Shown: one piece after another, positions 36,010 through 45,475 of the stretch
Numbering within the stretch: the first letter of the stretch is position 1
Layout of the letters: the number at the start of each line of letters is the position of its first letter
Assembly (NCBI GenBank): GCA_946578345.1
Contig: CAMOBD010000003.1
Coordinates: 1 to 51,451, forward strand
DNA: 51,451 nucleotides
Source of the DNA: an uncultured Clostridium sp.
Lineage (GTDB): Bacteria; Bacillota; Clostridia; TANB77; CAG-508
Direction of reading: 5' to 3'
Notes under the pieces: model-generated
Told to the model about the DNA's origin: nothing
The model's input: only the letters and a program-made list of their open reading frames with translations
Database searches by the model: none
Made by a program: the position numbers and the translations under genes

Positions 36010-38608
36010 TTTCTGCCTCCTTTGTTATAAATTTATCGTGAATTGCATGCAAATCTTCTAAAGACATATATGAATACTTAATAGGCATAATATTGTATAA
36101 ATGTATTTCCTTTTCCTTTATATTTTGTATATCTTCATTTGATATAGCACATGAAAATTCTGTTCCTTCCTCTAATAACCACCCTGGCATATATCCCTCA
36201 ATTTTAATTGTTTTAATTATATCTAGAGAATAGAATTCTACTTTCATTTCTAGCCTTTGATTATTTATTTCTTTCACAAATCCTGTCAAATTCCATTTGT
36301 TTTTTAGGTCTGAATTATCTGAATTTATCTTTGATTCATTTTTCCAATATTTTTCTAAGATTGCTTTTTCCACATCATTTAGTTTAAAGGCGTCATTTAT
36401 AATACTATTTAATATTGTTATTTTTCCATAATCATTATTGTCTCTTTCTAAACTGTGAACAATCTCTATAATTTTTTCTTTATCATTTTCTGTGAACTTT
36501 GGAACAGGAATTTTTTTTATTGTTTTTATATCTAGTGTTCTTTTTTTATCTTTCATTCTTGCATAAGCATTTATTATATCACTATTCAATAAAGCAACAA
36601 TTTCTTCTAATGATAGTTCTTCTTTATCTTTAGGTACTACTGAGCAAAAAGAATTTTTTACAAATAACCCTTTTCTATCTATATTAGCTATTAAACATTT
36701 TTTATCTTCTGCTGTGCTAGATCTTTTTACTAAAACTTTTTCGCTTTCAAATAATGCTTTTGATTGGAATCTTAATCTATTTTCACCTTCATATTTTATT
36801 TTTTCATCATATTTTAAATATAAGAAATTATCTATTTGCTTATATGCTACCATATTGTTTGCATTAGGAACAAATGGTACAAAGTCCTCTTTATATATTT
36901 TTGATATTTTATTTTTATTTTTTTCTATATTTAATATTATTCCATCGAATATATTTGTATAATTTTCTAATTTTTTATTTATTTCAATTTTATTGCAAAT
37001 ATTGTATAATGGTGAAATTTCAAATTTGTTCTCTTTGTTATCTTTCCATGTTTCATAATTTGATATTATATACTCTTCTGTATATGAATGTTTTAATAAA
37101 TAATCCTCTCTATTTTCTCTTGAAACTGTTTTTACAATTATAGGTCTATTTAGTTTTCTATTAGACTTATTTAATATCATTACTATTGTTGGACAATTGT
37201 TCTTAAAAACTCCTCCTGGAAATGTCCATATTTCTAATATATTAAGTTCATCCAGAATTCTCTTTCTAAGGTTACTAGCTGCTTTTATAGTTAAAATAGA
37301 TTGTGGTAAAACAATTGCCATATAACCATCATCATTAAGTATATCTATATATGCATCACAAAAATCTATAGCTTTTTGTGGTTTATGTGAGTTTGCCCCA
37401 AAAGGTGGATTAGCAAGAATTATACTTGGTTTATCCTTGAAATTATTTACCTTAAGCATATCAGTCGAAAAAATTTTCCAACCATTTCCAAACGGTAGAC
37501 TTATTAAAAGAAAAGATAATTTTGTAAGTTCTTTTGCAAATACATCGATATCAATTCCTTCTATCATTTTCGTTAAATACTTGTGTTTTTCTTTATTATC
37601 CATCTTCTTTGGTAATAAATTTTTTAGTCTATAATATGCCTGATGTAACAAACTTCCACACCCACAAGTCCCATCTAAAGTAAATCTTTTTTCTTCTGGT
37701 ATTAATTCTACTGGTATTGCATTTATCATATCTTCTGCTAAAATTCGTGGTGTATAATAATTTCCCAATTCTCTTTTTATTTCTTTTACAGCATTCTTAT
37801 CATCTGTAAACAAACTATCTTCATAAAATGTGCTTAGTATGTTACTATTTATATTTTTATAAGATATATCTTTGTCTAATTCTTCATATAAATCTATAAC
37901 AAATTGCTTTCCATATTTATATATTATTTCATTTTTGAAATAGTCATGATATTTATTTGCATATTTATCTAGCATTGTAACTATATCATGACCTACATTT
38001 TTAGAATTTAATTTATGTTCTATTATTACTGCAGCAATTATATTCATACAAATTGAAACTAAATCCTTATAGTCTTGATCTGTTGTCTTTTCTTTTTCCT
38101 TTAGTAATATTTTTCCTTTTCTTAACATATTTGTAAATTCTTTTTCTATTATCTTACTATTAACATCTATAGATAGTTCAAATAGAGATAATTGTTTTGG
38201 TGCCTTATCGTTTTTATATTCATTAATTAAATCGAAATCTATTCTACTTTTGGCAAAATATGAATCTATATCCTCATATTTTAATGTAATTATCTTATCA
38301 GGTTCTTGAGTTGTTATATTTTCTATTTGCACATTATTATTATTTGCTTTTATAATAATAGGTGTTCCCATTGAAATTCCTACTTTATCATACGCATCAC
38401 TGTTTTCCTCTAATATAACAGAAATATTAGATGTTGAAATGTCATGGATAATTGAATCGTTAAAAGTTACAATATCAGCTTTTAGTGCTAAATTTCCAGA
38501 TGTAAAAGGATAATTTTCTTCTTGATATTCTTCTGTATATCCTATTTTTTTTAAACTATTTCTTATTCTATTTAATCTTTCATTTTTATTATACATATCC
38601 TTTTTCAC
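36002..38608 (-). CDS. N6-adenine DNA methyltransferase with C-terminal TRD (Type IIG/TaqI-like architecture)
   Basis: YYTP, DGTCGCGSLL (motif I), ILANPPF (motif IV), LNS..I..IPVP C-terminal region. Confidence 0.85.
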   Translation of the reverse strand: MKKDMYNKNERLNRIRNSLKKIGYTEEYQEENYPFTSGNLALKADIVTFNDSIIHDISTSNISVILEENSDAYDKVGISMGTPIIIKANNNNVQIENITTQEPDKIITLKYEDIDSYFAKSRIDFDLINEYKNDKAPKQLSLFELSIDVNSKIIEKEFTNMLRKGKILLKEKEKTTDQDYKDLVSICMNIIAAVIIEHKLNSKNVGHDIVTMLDKYANKYHDYFKNEIIYKYGKQFVIDLYEELDKDISYKNINSNILSTFYEDSLFTDDKNAVKEIKRELGNYYTPRILAEDMINAIPVELIPEEKRFTLDGTCGCGSLLHQAYYRLKNLLPKKMDNKEKHKYLTKMIEGIDIDVFAKELTKLSFLLISLPFGNGWKIFSTDMLKVNNFKDKPSIILANPPFGANSHKPQKAIDFCDAYIDILNDDGYMAIVLPQSILTIKAASNLRKRILDELNILEIWTFPGGVFKNNCPTIVMILNKSNRKLNRPIIVKTVSRENREDYLLKHSYTEEYIISNYETWKDNKENKFEISPLYNICNKIEINKKLENYTNIFDGIILNIEKNKNKISKIYKEDFVPFVPNANNMVAYKQIDNFLYLKYDEKIKYEGENRLRFQSKALFESEKVLVKRSSTAEDKKCLIANIDRKGLFVKNSFCSVVPKDKEELSLEEIVALLNSDIINAYARMKDKKRTLDIKTIKKIPVPKFTENDKEKIIEIVHSLERDNNDYGKITILNSIINDAFKLNDVEKAILEKYWKNESKINSDNSDLKNKWNLTGFVKEINNQRLEMKVEFYSLDIIKTIKIEGYMPGWLLEEGTEFSCAISNEDIQNIKEKEIHLYNIMPIKYSYMSLEDLHAIHDKFITKEAENE

Positions 38609-38863
38609 CTATCTTTCTCCTAAATAATATATTTTGAGTTTGAATTTGTCAATACATTTTTTTAATGTCATGTAAATTTAATATAAAATGTTTAATCTTT
38701 TTCAATTTGTTATAATGATATCAAACATTTGTTTAGTAGTCAAGTTGTTTTAATCATTTTTTATAATAACTTATTAAAAAAATTGCAAACTTTTACATCT
38801 GCAATTATTTTTTATAAAGGAATAGTTACTTCTATTTTTTACTTGATGCAGTAAGCTAACCCG

Positions 38864-39061
38864 TTCATCTGGAGTGCCATGTCCAGCATCCACTATTATT
38901 ACCTTATTTGTAACTGGTGTAGAAACTGTTTCCACAGTTTTCTCTGTGCTTAATGTATTTTCTGTATCATTTGCAATTTTAAATGAAAATACATATAATG
39001 CAACAAATATCATACACAACATAGTTATTATTCTTTTTCTACCTAAAACAAGCATATACAT
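38864..39061 (-). CDS. cwlD: CwlD, N-terminal part of the split gene
   Basis: GAGGT RBS; N-terminal TM, then NKVIIVDAGHGTPDE ending at the att core. Confidence 0.85.
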
Positions 39062-39068
39062 ACCTCTC

Positions 39069-40049
39069 TTATTGTATATATATGCTTATTATATTTTTAT
39101 ATTCTAATTTGTTTTTATCATTAGAACTATGTAACAAATAATCAATATATTTAGAAATTCCGTTTTTCTTATTCATTAGTTCAAATATAACACTTATATC
39201 TTGATGATATTGTATATTATATTCTGCATTAATTCTATTTCTAATATGTAATAAATAGTTTTCTATTAGTGAAAATACATCTTTATTTTTTAATATGAAA
39301 TTATAATTGGAATTTAAGACATATTCGTATTTCTGGTTGAAATCTTTTATCATTTTCTCAGAGTATTTTTTGGGGTTATTCATTGCAAAATATAATAATT
39401 TGTTATCCAAAAATTTTCTCCATAACTTTACATATCCGATTACTTCAGAATTTCTTTGACTAAAATGCTCAGAATATACAAAGAAATTCTTATCTTTATC
39501 TATATAAGTTTTGATTTTTTCATTAATATTACATATGTTACAAGCTTCAACATCTGAAAAAATATCTATAATGTCAGAAAATTTTCCATTGTATTCTGGA
39601 TATCTCCCATAAGAATCTTCAATGTAAAATCCATTTGACACTATTTTCCCATTTAAAGAATATATATTTATGATTTTTTCAAATTCTTTATACATCATTA
39701 TTTTAAATTCTTGTATTACTAATTGTCTTTTTTCTTGTTTATCTAATTTGATTTTATCAATTTTCTTATAATCATTTGTTATATAATATTTTAATTGTTT
39801 AGTTTTGTATTCATATTTTGCATATATTGAGTGATATGTACCTAATTTTATAAATGACTTTAAATTATGTGCCAAGTTATAAATGTATTTATCTAGCATA
39901 TTTAGTGCATTTTCCGTTCCAATAATTTTTTCTATATAGTTTATTTTGTCAGATAAAAAGCTAATTAAAAGAACTCTAAAAAAACTATCCATATTGGTTG
40001 TTCTGCAGAAGTTTTCTAATTTATTAGTTATCACTATTTTTTCTACCAT
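39069..40049 (-). CDS. hypothetical protein
   Basis: 326-aa ORF with AAGGAG RBS. Confidence 0.7.
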   Translation of the reverse strand: MVEKIVITNKLENFCRTTNMDSFFRVLLISFLSDKINYIEKIIGTENALNMLDKYIYNLAHNLKSFIKLGTYHSIYAKYEYKTKQLKYYITNDYKKIDKIKLDKQEKRQLVIQEFKIMMYKEFEKIINIYSLNGKIVSNGFYIEDSYGRYPEYNGKFSDIIDIFSDVEACNICNINEKIKTYIDKDKNFFVYSEHFSQRNSEVIGYVKLWRKFLDNKLLYFAMNNPKKYSEKMIKDFNQKYEYVLNSNYNFILKNKDVFSLIENYLLHIRNRINAEYNIQYHQDISVIFELMNKKNGISKYIDYLLHSSNDKNKLEYKNIISIYIQ

Positions 40050-40070
40050 AAACTTAGCTCCTTTTATTTT

Positions 40071-41282
40071 TTAATCATCATATTCATATCCAGCATCGTC
40101 TTGTTCATGTTCATCATAATCATTATCATATTGCATATCTTCATATTTCTCTAATGTTGGATTCCCATCCATCGAAACATCATATACAAGTGCTGGATTA
40201 TAATCACATAACTCTGGATCTACCCAATCATGCAAAGTAGGATCTTCCCATGGGTATCTGTCTTCAGTACATAAAAAATAGGGTACTTTATCTTTTTGAC
40301 ATAGATTAGCCATTTCACAAATAGAAGAAAGTCCATCAAAATCAGCAAGAATAATTGAAAATTCGGCTTCATTTGCCATCTTTGCAGCAGTTTGAGGAGT
40401 AGGACATGCAATTTTACTAACTTTTCCTGTATGATATCCTTCTAAAGTTTTGCGCGTTCCATAATATTCATCTTCAACCATATCTCTTTCATAAAAACCA
40501 TTTCCACAAGCTGCAATGTAACATTCATATCCTTGTTTCTCTAATAAACTAATAACTTGTGGCATAAGTTCGCGCATTATTTTATTAGAACCACATCCGT
40601 AAACTCCTGATGTATCAATAAAAAATTGAACATATCTAGCATCTCTTAAATCATATTTATCTCCTAATAATTTGTAATTCTGTTGTTTTACAATGTGTTG
40701 TAACATCTGCTTTTTATCATAAGTTTCTGATCCATCTTGTTTATCTATTCCAGCATGCTGAGCAGCAATTTTTTTGATAATTTGAATTATATATTTTTTT
40801 AAATATTCTTGTCTATTTTTATTTCTAAATTCTTCTTGTTGTTTCTTTTTGGTTTCAAATAATTGTTCAACTTGCTTTTTCAATTCTTCTGGTGCTGTTT
40901 TTGGTTTTACTTTTCTAGGATTTAAAGCATCTCCTGAAATAGAATATTCTCTTTCTTTTTTATCATCACTCCCACTACCAGTACCTTTAGTTCCAGTATT
41001 TTCTGTTTTTTCACTTTTATTTTTTTTCTCATCATTTTCTCCATCATTTACTGAATTTGGTGAATCTTTAATCTCTTTTGATGCTTCATCTCCTCCATGA
41101 ATGTCTTCTGTAGTTTTTGATGTAGCAGGAGCAATTTCTTGCGTTTTTTGAGCATCTTCTGGAGATTCAATTGGATTATTTTCTTTTGCATCATTAGTTC
41201 TATCGTCTTTTTGTTTTTGCTTGAATCTAGCTTGTTTTTCTAATTCAGCAAATATCTTATTTATATCATATTGAAAAGCCAT
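40071..41282 (-). CDS. vWA-like partner of the MoxR ATPase, with a long acidic/disordered N-terminal region
   Basis: FFIDTSG (partial MIDAS) and IILADFDG; directly downstream of the MoxR-like gene. Confidence 0.55.
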   Translation of the reverse strand: MAFQYDINKIFAELEKQARFKQKQKDDRTNDAKENNPIESPEDAQKTQEIAPATSKTTEDIHGGDEASKEIKDSPNSVNDGENDEKKNKSEKTENTGTKGTGSGSDDKKEREYSISGDALNPRKVKPKTAPEELKKQVEQLFETKKKQQEEFRNKNRQEYLKKYIIQIIKKIAAQHAGIDKQDGSETYDKKQMLQHIVKQQNYKLLGDKYDLRDARYVQFFIDTSGVYGCGSNKIMRELMPQVISLLEKQGYECYIAACGNGFYERDMVEDEYYGTRKTLEGYHTGKVSKIACPTPQTAAKMANEAEFSIILADFDGLSSICEMANLCQKDKVPYFLCTEDRYPWEDPTLHDWVDPELCDYNPALVYDVSMDGNPTLEKYEDMQYDNDYDEHEQDDAGYEYDD

Positions 41283-41294
41283 TTAATACTCCTC

Positions 41295-42602
41295 CTAATC
41301 ATCATGATCTCTTCCATCATCACCATATTCTCTATCAGTTTCATATTCTTGTTCCATTCCTTGCTTTTCATGTCCTAAAAATCTTTCTAGAGTATTGTTT
41401 TTTGAATCCAAATACACGAAAGTAGAGCCCCTATTCATAGCAATTCTAAACATTTTATCTCCGTCAATTTTAAGGCCAAATCTAGTGCCGTCTTTTTTGC
41501 TTTTATTGCTTGCCCACATTATATTTCCTGATTCTATTTCTTCATCAGACATAGAATATTCAAACCATCCACTATATTTTTTACCATAGTAGTCATCATC
41601 ATCATCAAAATCAATATGTTTACATACTATTGCAAGTTGTTCCACTGTATCTACATCAACATAAATTTTACCATTATCATTTTCATCTCCATATAATCTA
41701 AAATTATGTGGATTGTCATCCTGTAACATTTCAATCCACGGCTTTGCATCTTCATTCGATCTTATAGTAATTCTACATCTCTCTAAATCAGGTAAATCAA
41801 ATTCCATTTCACCATTATCTAATTCTGATAAATGTTGTAAATCTGCCAAAGACACTACATCTAATTCATCTAAGTTTATATATTGAGACAAAGCATCTTC
41901 GTCAATTTCTACTCCTAATGTTTCTAAATCTTCAACATATTGTTTAGCTTGTCTTATAGAAAAGTTAGGACATTTATCATAAATATATCCTAAATAATGA
42001 GAATCTGGTAATCCCAAAATTTCTAAGAACAACTCTTTACTAGGCCTTGGGACATCAACTCTTTTACTTCTATTAAGTAAAGCTTCATCAATTTCTCTTT
42101 TATCATTTGATGTAATAAAAGTATATATAGGATATTTACCTTTTTCATATGTATCAGTTCCAGTTGTTAACCTTCCATTTTCCAAAAAGTCTAATAAAAA
42201 TGAATCAACTTCTGGTCTAGCTTTATCTAGTTCGTCTATCACAAGAACTACAGGGCCTTCATGTGATTGCTCTAATGTTTGTAACAGTATTCCTTTTTTT
42301 ATTGAATTATCAGCATCTTGTTTCATAACACCTTCAATATTAACATCATATTGAAAATTTTCTGTTCCCATTCTTGGAAAACACTGAACGAACTTCTCAT
42401 CAGCGTCTATCATTTTTGAAAATGTTTCAGCTAGAAATGTTTTTCCTGCCCCAGATTTTCCTTGTAATAATAATGTTGGAATACTTCTTTTTTCTCTTTT
42501 CCCTGATGCTTCAAATAATAATACTAATTTTGATAAATCTTCTGAAGCAAAATAACCTAGTTCTTTTAATTTCTGTTGTGTCTCTTTTATTTTATCTGAC
42601 AT
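41295..42602 (-). CDS. MoxR-family AAA+ ATPase
   Basis: LLQGKSGAGKT, VLVIDELDKA, ITSN..REIDEALLNR. Confidence 0.85.
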   Translation of the reverse strand: MSDKIKETQQKLKELGYFASEDLSKLVLLFEASGKREKRSIPTLLLQGKSGAGKTFLAETFSKMIDADEKFVQCFPRMGTENFQYDVNIEGVMKQDADNSIKKGILLQTLEQSHEGPVVLVIDELDKARPEVDSFLLDFLENGRLTTGTDTYEKGKYPIYTFITSNDKREIDEALLNRSKRVDVPRPSKELFLEILGLPDSHYLGYIYDKCPNFSIRQAKQYVEDLETLGVEIDEDALSQYINLDELDVVSLADLQHLSELDNGEMEFDLPDLERCRITIRSNEDAKPWIEMLQDDNPHNFRLYGDENDNGKIYVDVDTVEQLAIVCKHIDFDDDDDYYGKKYSGWFEYSMSDEEIESGNIMWASNKSKKDGTRFGLKIDGDKMFRIAMNRGSTFVYLDSKNNTLERFLGHEKQGMEQEYETDREYGDDGRDHDD

Positions 42603-42729
42603 TTGTACACCTCTTTTTATATTTTTATATGCCTTTTATGTTTTTTAAATCATATCACATTGCTAGAAAAATAACAATAAAAACTTTTATGTTTTGAAAA
42701 ATTCATTTTTATATAATAAATCAATTCCT

Positions 42730-42772
42730 ATTTTACATAAAAGTTGACCTTTTATGTAAAATGATGTATAAT
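42730..42772 (+). promoter_or_regulatory. sigmaA promoter with a palindromic operator centred on the -35 box
   Basis: TTGACC-17-TATAAT; IR ATTTTACATAAAAG/CTTTTATGTAAAAT flanking TTGAC. Confidence 0.75.
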
Positions 42773-42856
42773 TAATATAGTTTCTATGTAAACTTCCTCG
42801 CTTTTGCAGGAGGATCCCAATCAAAAAACAAAGAAAATTCTTAGGAGGAAAAAATT

Positions 42857-43219
42857 ATGACAAAGGTATTATGGCTTAGCAGACACTCGATGACAGAGGA
42901 ACAGATGGATGACCTGAACCGGATTTACGGCGAAGTCGAAGTGAAAAAATTCGACCAGTCTGTAAACGGCTGGAAGGATGTCGTTGAAGCAGGTGCTGAC
43001 TGCGACGTTCTGGCAGTGGTTCTTCCACCTGCAATTTTGGCAGATCTCACTAACCCTCGTAATAACAAAAAGCCTGTAATCAGGGCAAAGGCAAATCGCG
43101 TCCCTACCGGAAAGATGATTACCAACCCTGCGACCGGCAAAAAGGAGACGGAATACCGTTTTGAGCATGCCGGATGGGAGCAGGTCATTAAGATTGAGGT
43201 CGTAGTGAAAGAGCTGTAA
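42857..43219 (+). CDS. hypothetical protein with atypically high GC
   Basis: AGGAGG RBS; 120 aa; KVLWLSRH, AVVLP; visibly GC-richer codons than its neighbours. Confidence 0.8.
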   Translation: MTKVLWLSRHSMTEEQMDDLNRIYGEVEVKKFDQSVNGWKDVVEAGADCDVLAVVLPPAILADLTNPRNNKKPVIRAKANRVPTGKMITNPATGKKETEYRFEHAGWEQVIKIEVVVKEL

Positions 43220-43228
43220 TCTTGGTCG

Positions 43229-43265
43229 GACAGGATTCTACATTGTAGGATCCCGTCTTTTTTAT
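43229..43265 (+). terminator. intrinsic terminator
   Basis: GACAGGATTCTAC/GTAGGATCCCGTC followed by a T-run. Confidence 0.75.
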
Positions 43266-43365
43266 TTTTTCTTCAAATATATTGAAAAAAATATATTAAA
43301 CTTATATAATATAGTTGAATACTTATATATTGAAACAAAAGAATTTTCAAAGAAATGAGGAAAAT

Positions 43366-44751
43366 ATGGAGAAAAGTAAACATTTAAGAGGTTTTCAAGG
43401 AATTTTTTTAGAAGATGAAATAGAACAACAGTTAATTGCTTTGCAAAAAAAAGGATTAGAAAGAAATATAGAAAATATGCACATACCTTTTAAATTTGGA
43501 GATATAGAAAAATATCCAGAGGAACTTATTGGAAGAAAATTTATAATCAAAGTTACTGGTTATGCTTCTGATGGGAAAAATAGTGGATTTTCTGTGAAAC
43601 TTCCAGAAGAATTAAAACCATTTTATAAAAGCAGTAGTATTCCACATATAACAGTTTCTATTGGTGAAGTAGATGAAGTAAAAGGCAACCTTGTAAATAC
43701 TGCCAAACTTGATTTTAAACCATTAGCTCAGCCTATAGAAATTCAAGGTAAATTAGGATATTTTATTTTGGGAAAGGGAATGAGTATGGATAATGAAATA
43801 ATAAATGAACATCAAATAGAGAATATGCCTAAAAATGTAAGGATATTGCTTGTTCCTAGATATATGAGTAAAGAAGAATTATCAGAAGCAAACATAAATC
43901 CTTCTGCTACAGTAGAAGCAGAATATGGGGAAAAAGTAATAAAGGGCGAACAAATTACATTAGCACACCATACAAAAGAATATAAAAGCAATCCTGCGCC
44001 ATGTAATACACCTGATGTTCCAGTATTATCTGATGATAGCACAATAGTAATTAGTCATTTGGATTTGGATACATTAGGAGGAATAGCGGCTTTAATGGGA
44101 AGGAAAAAAGATGATGCAGAATTTTGGAAAGCAGCTGAATTTGTTGATTTGAATGGGCCTCATAATTTGTTTCAAGTTGGAGAAGAAGCTAGAAAAAAAT
44201 ATATAGCATATCAAGCATACCAAGCAAATCATACAAATCCGAGATTCACAGAAATTACAGATGTTACAAGTATTGTGTTAGAACATTTAGGAATAATAGA
44301 TAAAGTAATCGATGGAGATAAAAAACTAATTCAAGAAGGAATTGAATGGGATGAAGAAACAAAGAAGAAAATTGAGGAATGTTTAGTTTTTGAAAATGAT
44401 AATGTTAGAGTCTTCAATTCCCCTAATGGAATTTTTTGTTCAGCAGCATATTATTCAAAAAAGCAGGGTAAAGTTATACCAAGTACAGTTACTAGAAATG
44501 GAAAATTTAAATCAGTAACGGTTTCTATGGCTGATGGAGGTAAAAAAGTTTCTGCGAAGAAATTAGTTCAAGAGTTATGGGGAAATGAAGCAGGAGGTCA
44601 TGAAGGAATAGCAGGAAGTCCAAGAGGACAAGAAATGACAGAAAAAGATATGCAACAATTAGTAAATGCAGTTAATGAAAGATATAATAAAATTAATGAA
44701 ATGAATGAGCCTATATATTTTGAACCTGATGGAATTTCATTAAATGATTAA
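43366..44751 (+). CDS. 2H-phosphoesterase-like domain fused to a DHH/DHHA1-like domain
   Basis: N-terminal MHIPF..PHITVS; C-terminal LAHH, SHLDLD, GGHEGIAG; ATG 43366 after GAGG. Confidence 0.6.
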   Translation: MEKSKHLRGFQGIFLEDEIEQQLIALQKKGLERNIENMHIPFKFGDIEKYPEELIGRKFIIKVTGYASDGKNSGFSVKLPEELKPFYKSSSIPHITVSIGEVDEVKGNLVNTAKLDFKPLAQPIEIQGKLGYFILGKGMSMDNEIINEHQIENMPKNVRILLVPRYMSKEELSEANINPSATVEAEYGEKVIKGEQITLAHHTKEYKSNPAPCNTPDVPVLSDDSTIVISHLDLDTLGGIAALMGRKKDDAEFWKAAEFVDLNGPHNLFQVGEEARKKYIAYQAYQANHTNPRFTEITDVTSIVLEHLGIIDKVIDGDKKLIQEGIEWDEETKKKIEECLVFENDNVRVFNSPNGIFCSAAYYSKKQGKVIPSTVTRNGKFKSVTVSMADGGKKVSAKKLVQELWGNEAGGHEGIAGSPRGQEMTEKDMQQLVNAVNERYNKINEMNEPIYFEPDGISLND

Positions 44752-44774
44752 AATACAAAGGAGATTGAATTATT

Positions 44775-45470
44775 ATGAGAACATTAAAAGCTAAAGATAT
44801 TTTTCCAAAGGCATATTCTATTGTTGGTGAAGAACAGTTAAATAATAATGCTGTCAAATATTTTAGAAGTAACTATTCTATGCTTTTATCATCAGAAAAT
44901 GGAAATATAAATCTTTTATTTCAACCAAATAAAAGATTTGAAATATTTACTTTGGATGCTTTAGGAGGAAAAACATTTCTAGTAGAAGCTTCAAGTTTAC
45001 CAGATGGAGAAAATAGAGATTTATATTATAGTTTTGAAATTGCTAATCAAATATACGAAAGAATAATAGACCTTCAAGATAGTTCTTTTAATGATTATGA
45101 AGAAGTAAAATACATATATGAAAGAGAAATTTTACAAACTGAGAATGAAATTTTAGATTTAAAACTAAGAGATAATGAAATGTTTGAAAAAGATATAACA
45201 GCTTATGATTTAATCAGCCAAACACCATTGTATGAAAATTATCAATTATTACATAAAGATAAAGAACACCTTGTAGAAGAAAATGAAAACTTAAATAAGA
45301 CAATTTCAGAGTATAATGAAAAGCTTAGAGATTTAAGTCAAAAATTAAAGGTTTCATTAGAAAGAGTGGAATTCCTAGAAAAGCCAAAAACTTTCTTTGA
45401 AAAATTTAAAGACTTATTTAGAAATGATAAAAAACAACTTTTAATCGATGATGGGAAAGGAGATGAATAA
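44775..45470 (+). CDS. hypothetical coiled-coil protein
   Basis: 231 aa; AAGGGAG RBS; heptad-rich C-terminus. Confidence 0.7.
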   Translation: MRTLKAKDIFPKAYSIVGEEQLNNNAVKYFRSNYSMLLSSENGNINLLFQPNKRFEIFTLDALGGKTFLVEASSLPDGENRDLYYSFEIANQIYERIIDLQDSSFNDYEEVKYIYEREILQTENEILDLKLRDNEMFEKDITAYDLISQTPLYENYQLLHKDKEHLVEENENLNKTISEYNEKLRDLSQKLKVSLERVEFLEKPKTFFEKFKDLFRNDKKQLLIDDGKGDE

Positions 45471-45475
45471 TATAA

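Larger units (their letters stand above)
20778..38871. mobile_element. ~18.1-kb integrative mobilizable element inserted in cwlD
   Basis: 11-bp direct repeat CCGTTCATCTG at 20778-20788 and 38861-38871; element ends carry the IR ATGCAGTAA/TTACTGCAT; two serine recombinases at one end; relaxase/MobC/oriT inside. Confidence 0.9.

Noticed and set aside
20849-38608. Prophage or self-transmissible ICE
   Set aside because: No virion, terminase, VirB4 or coupling-protein genes; the content fits a mobilizable element.
38774-38863. C-terminal tail RVSLLHQ.. of ORF 38774-39061
   Set aside because: Read-through into element sequence beyond the att core; not CwlD-like.
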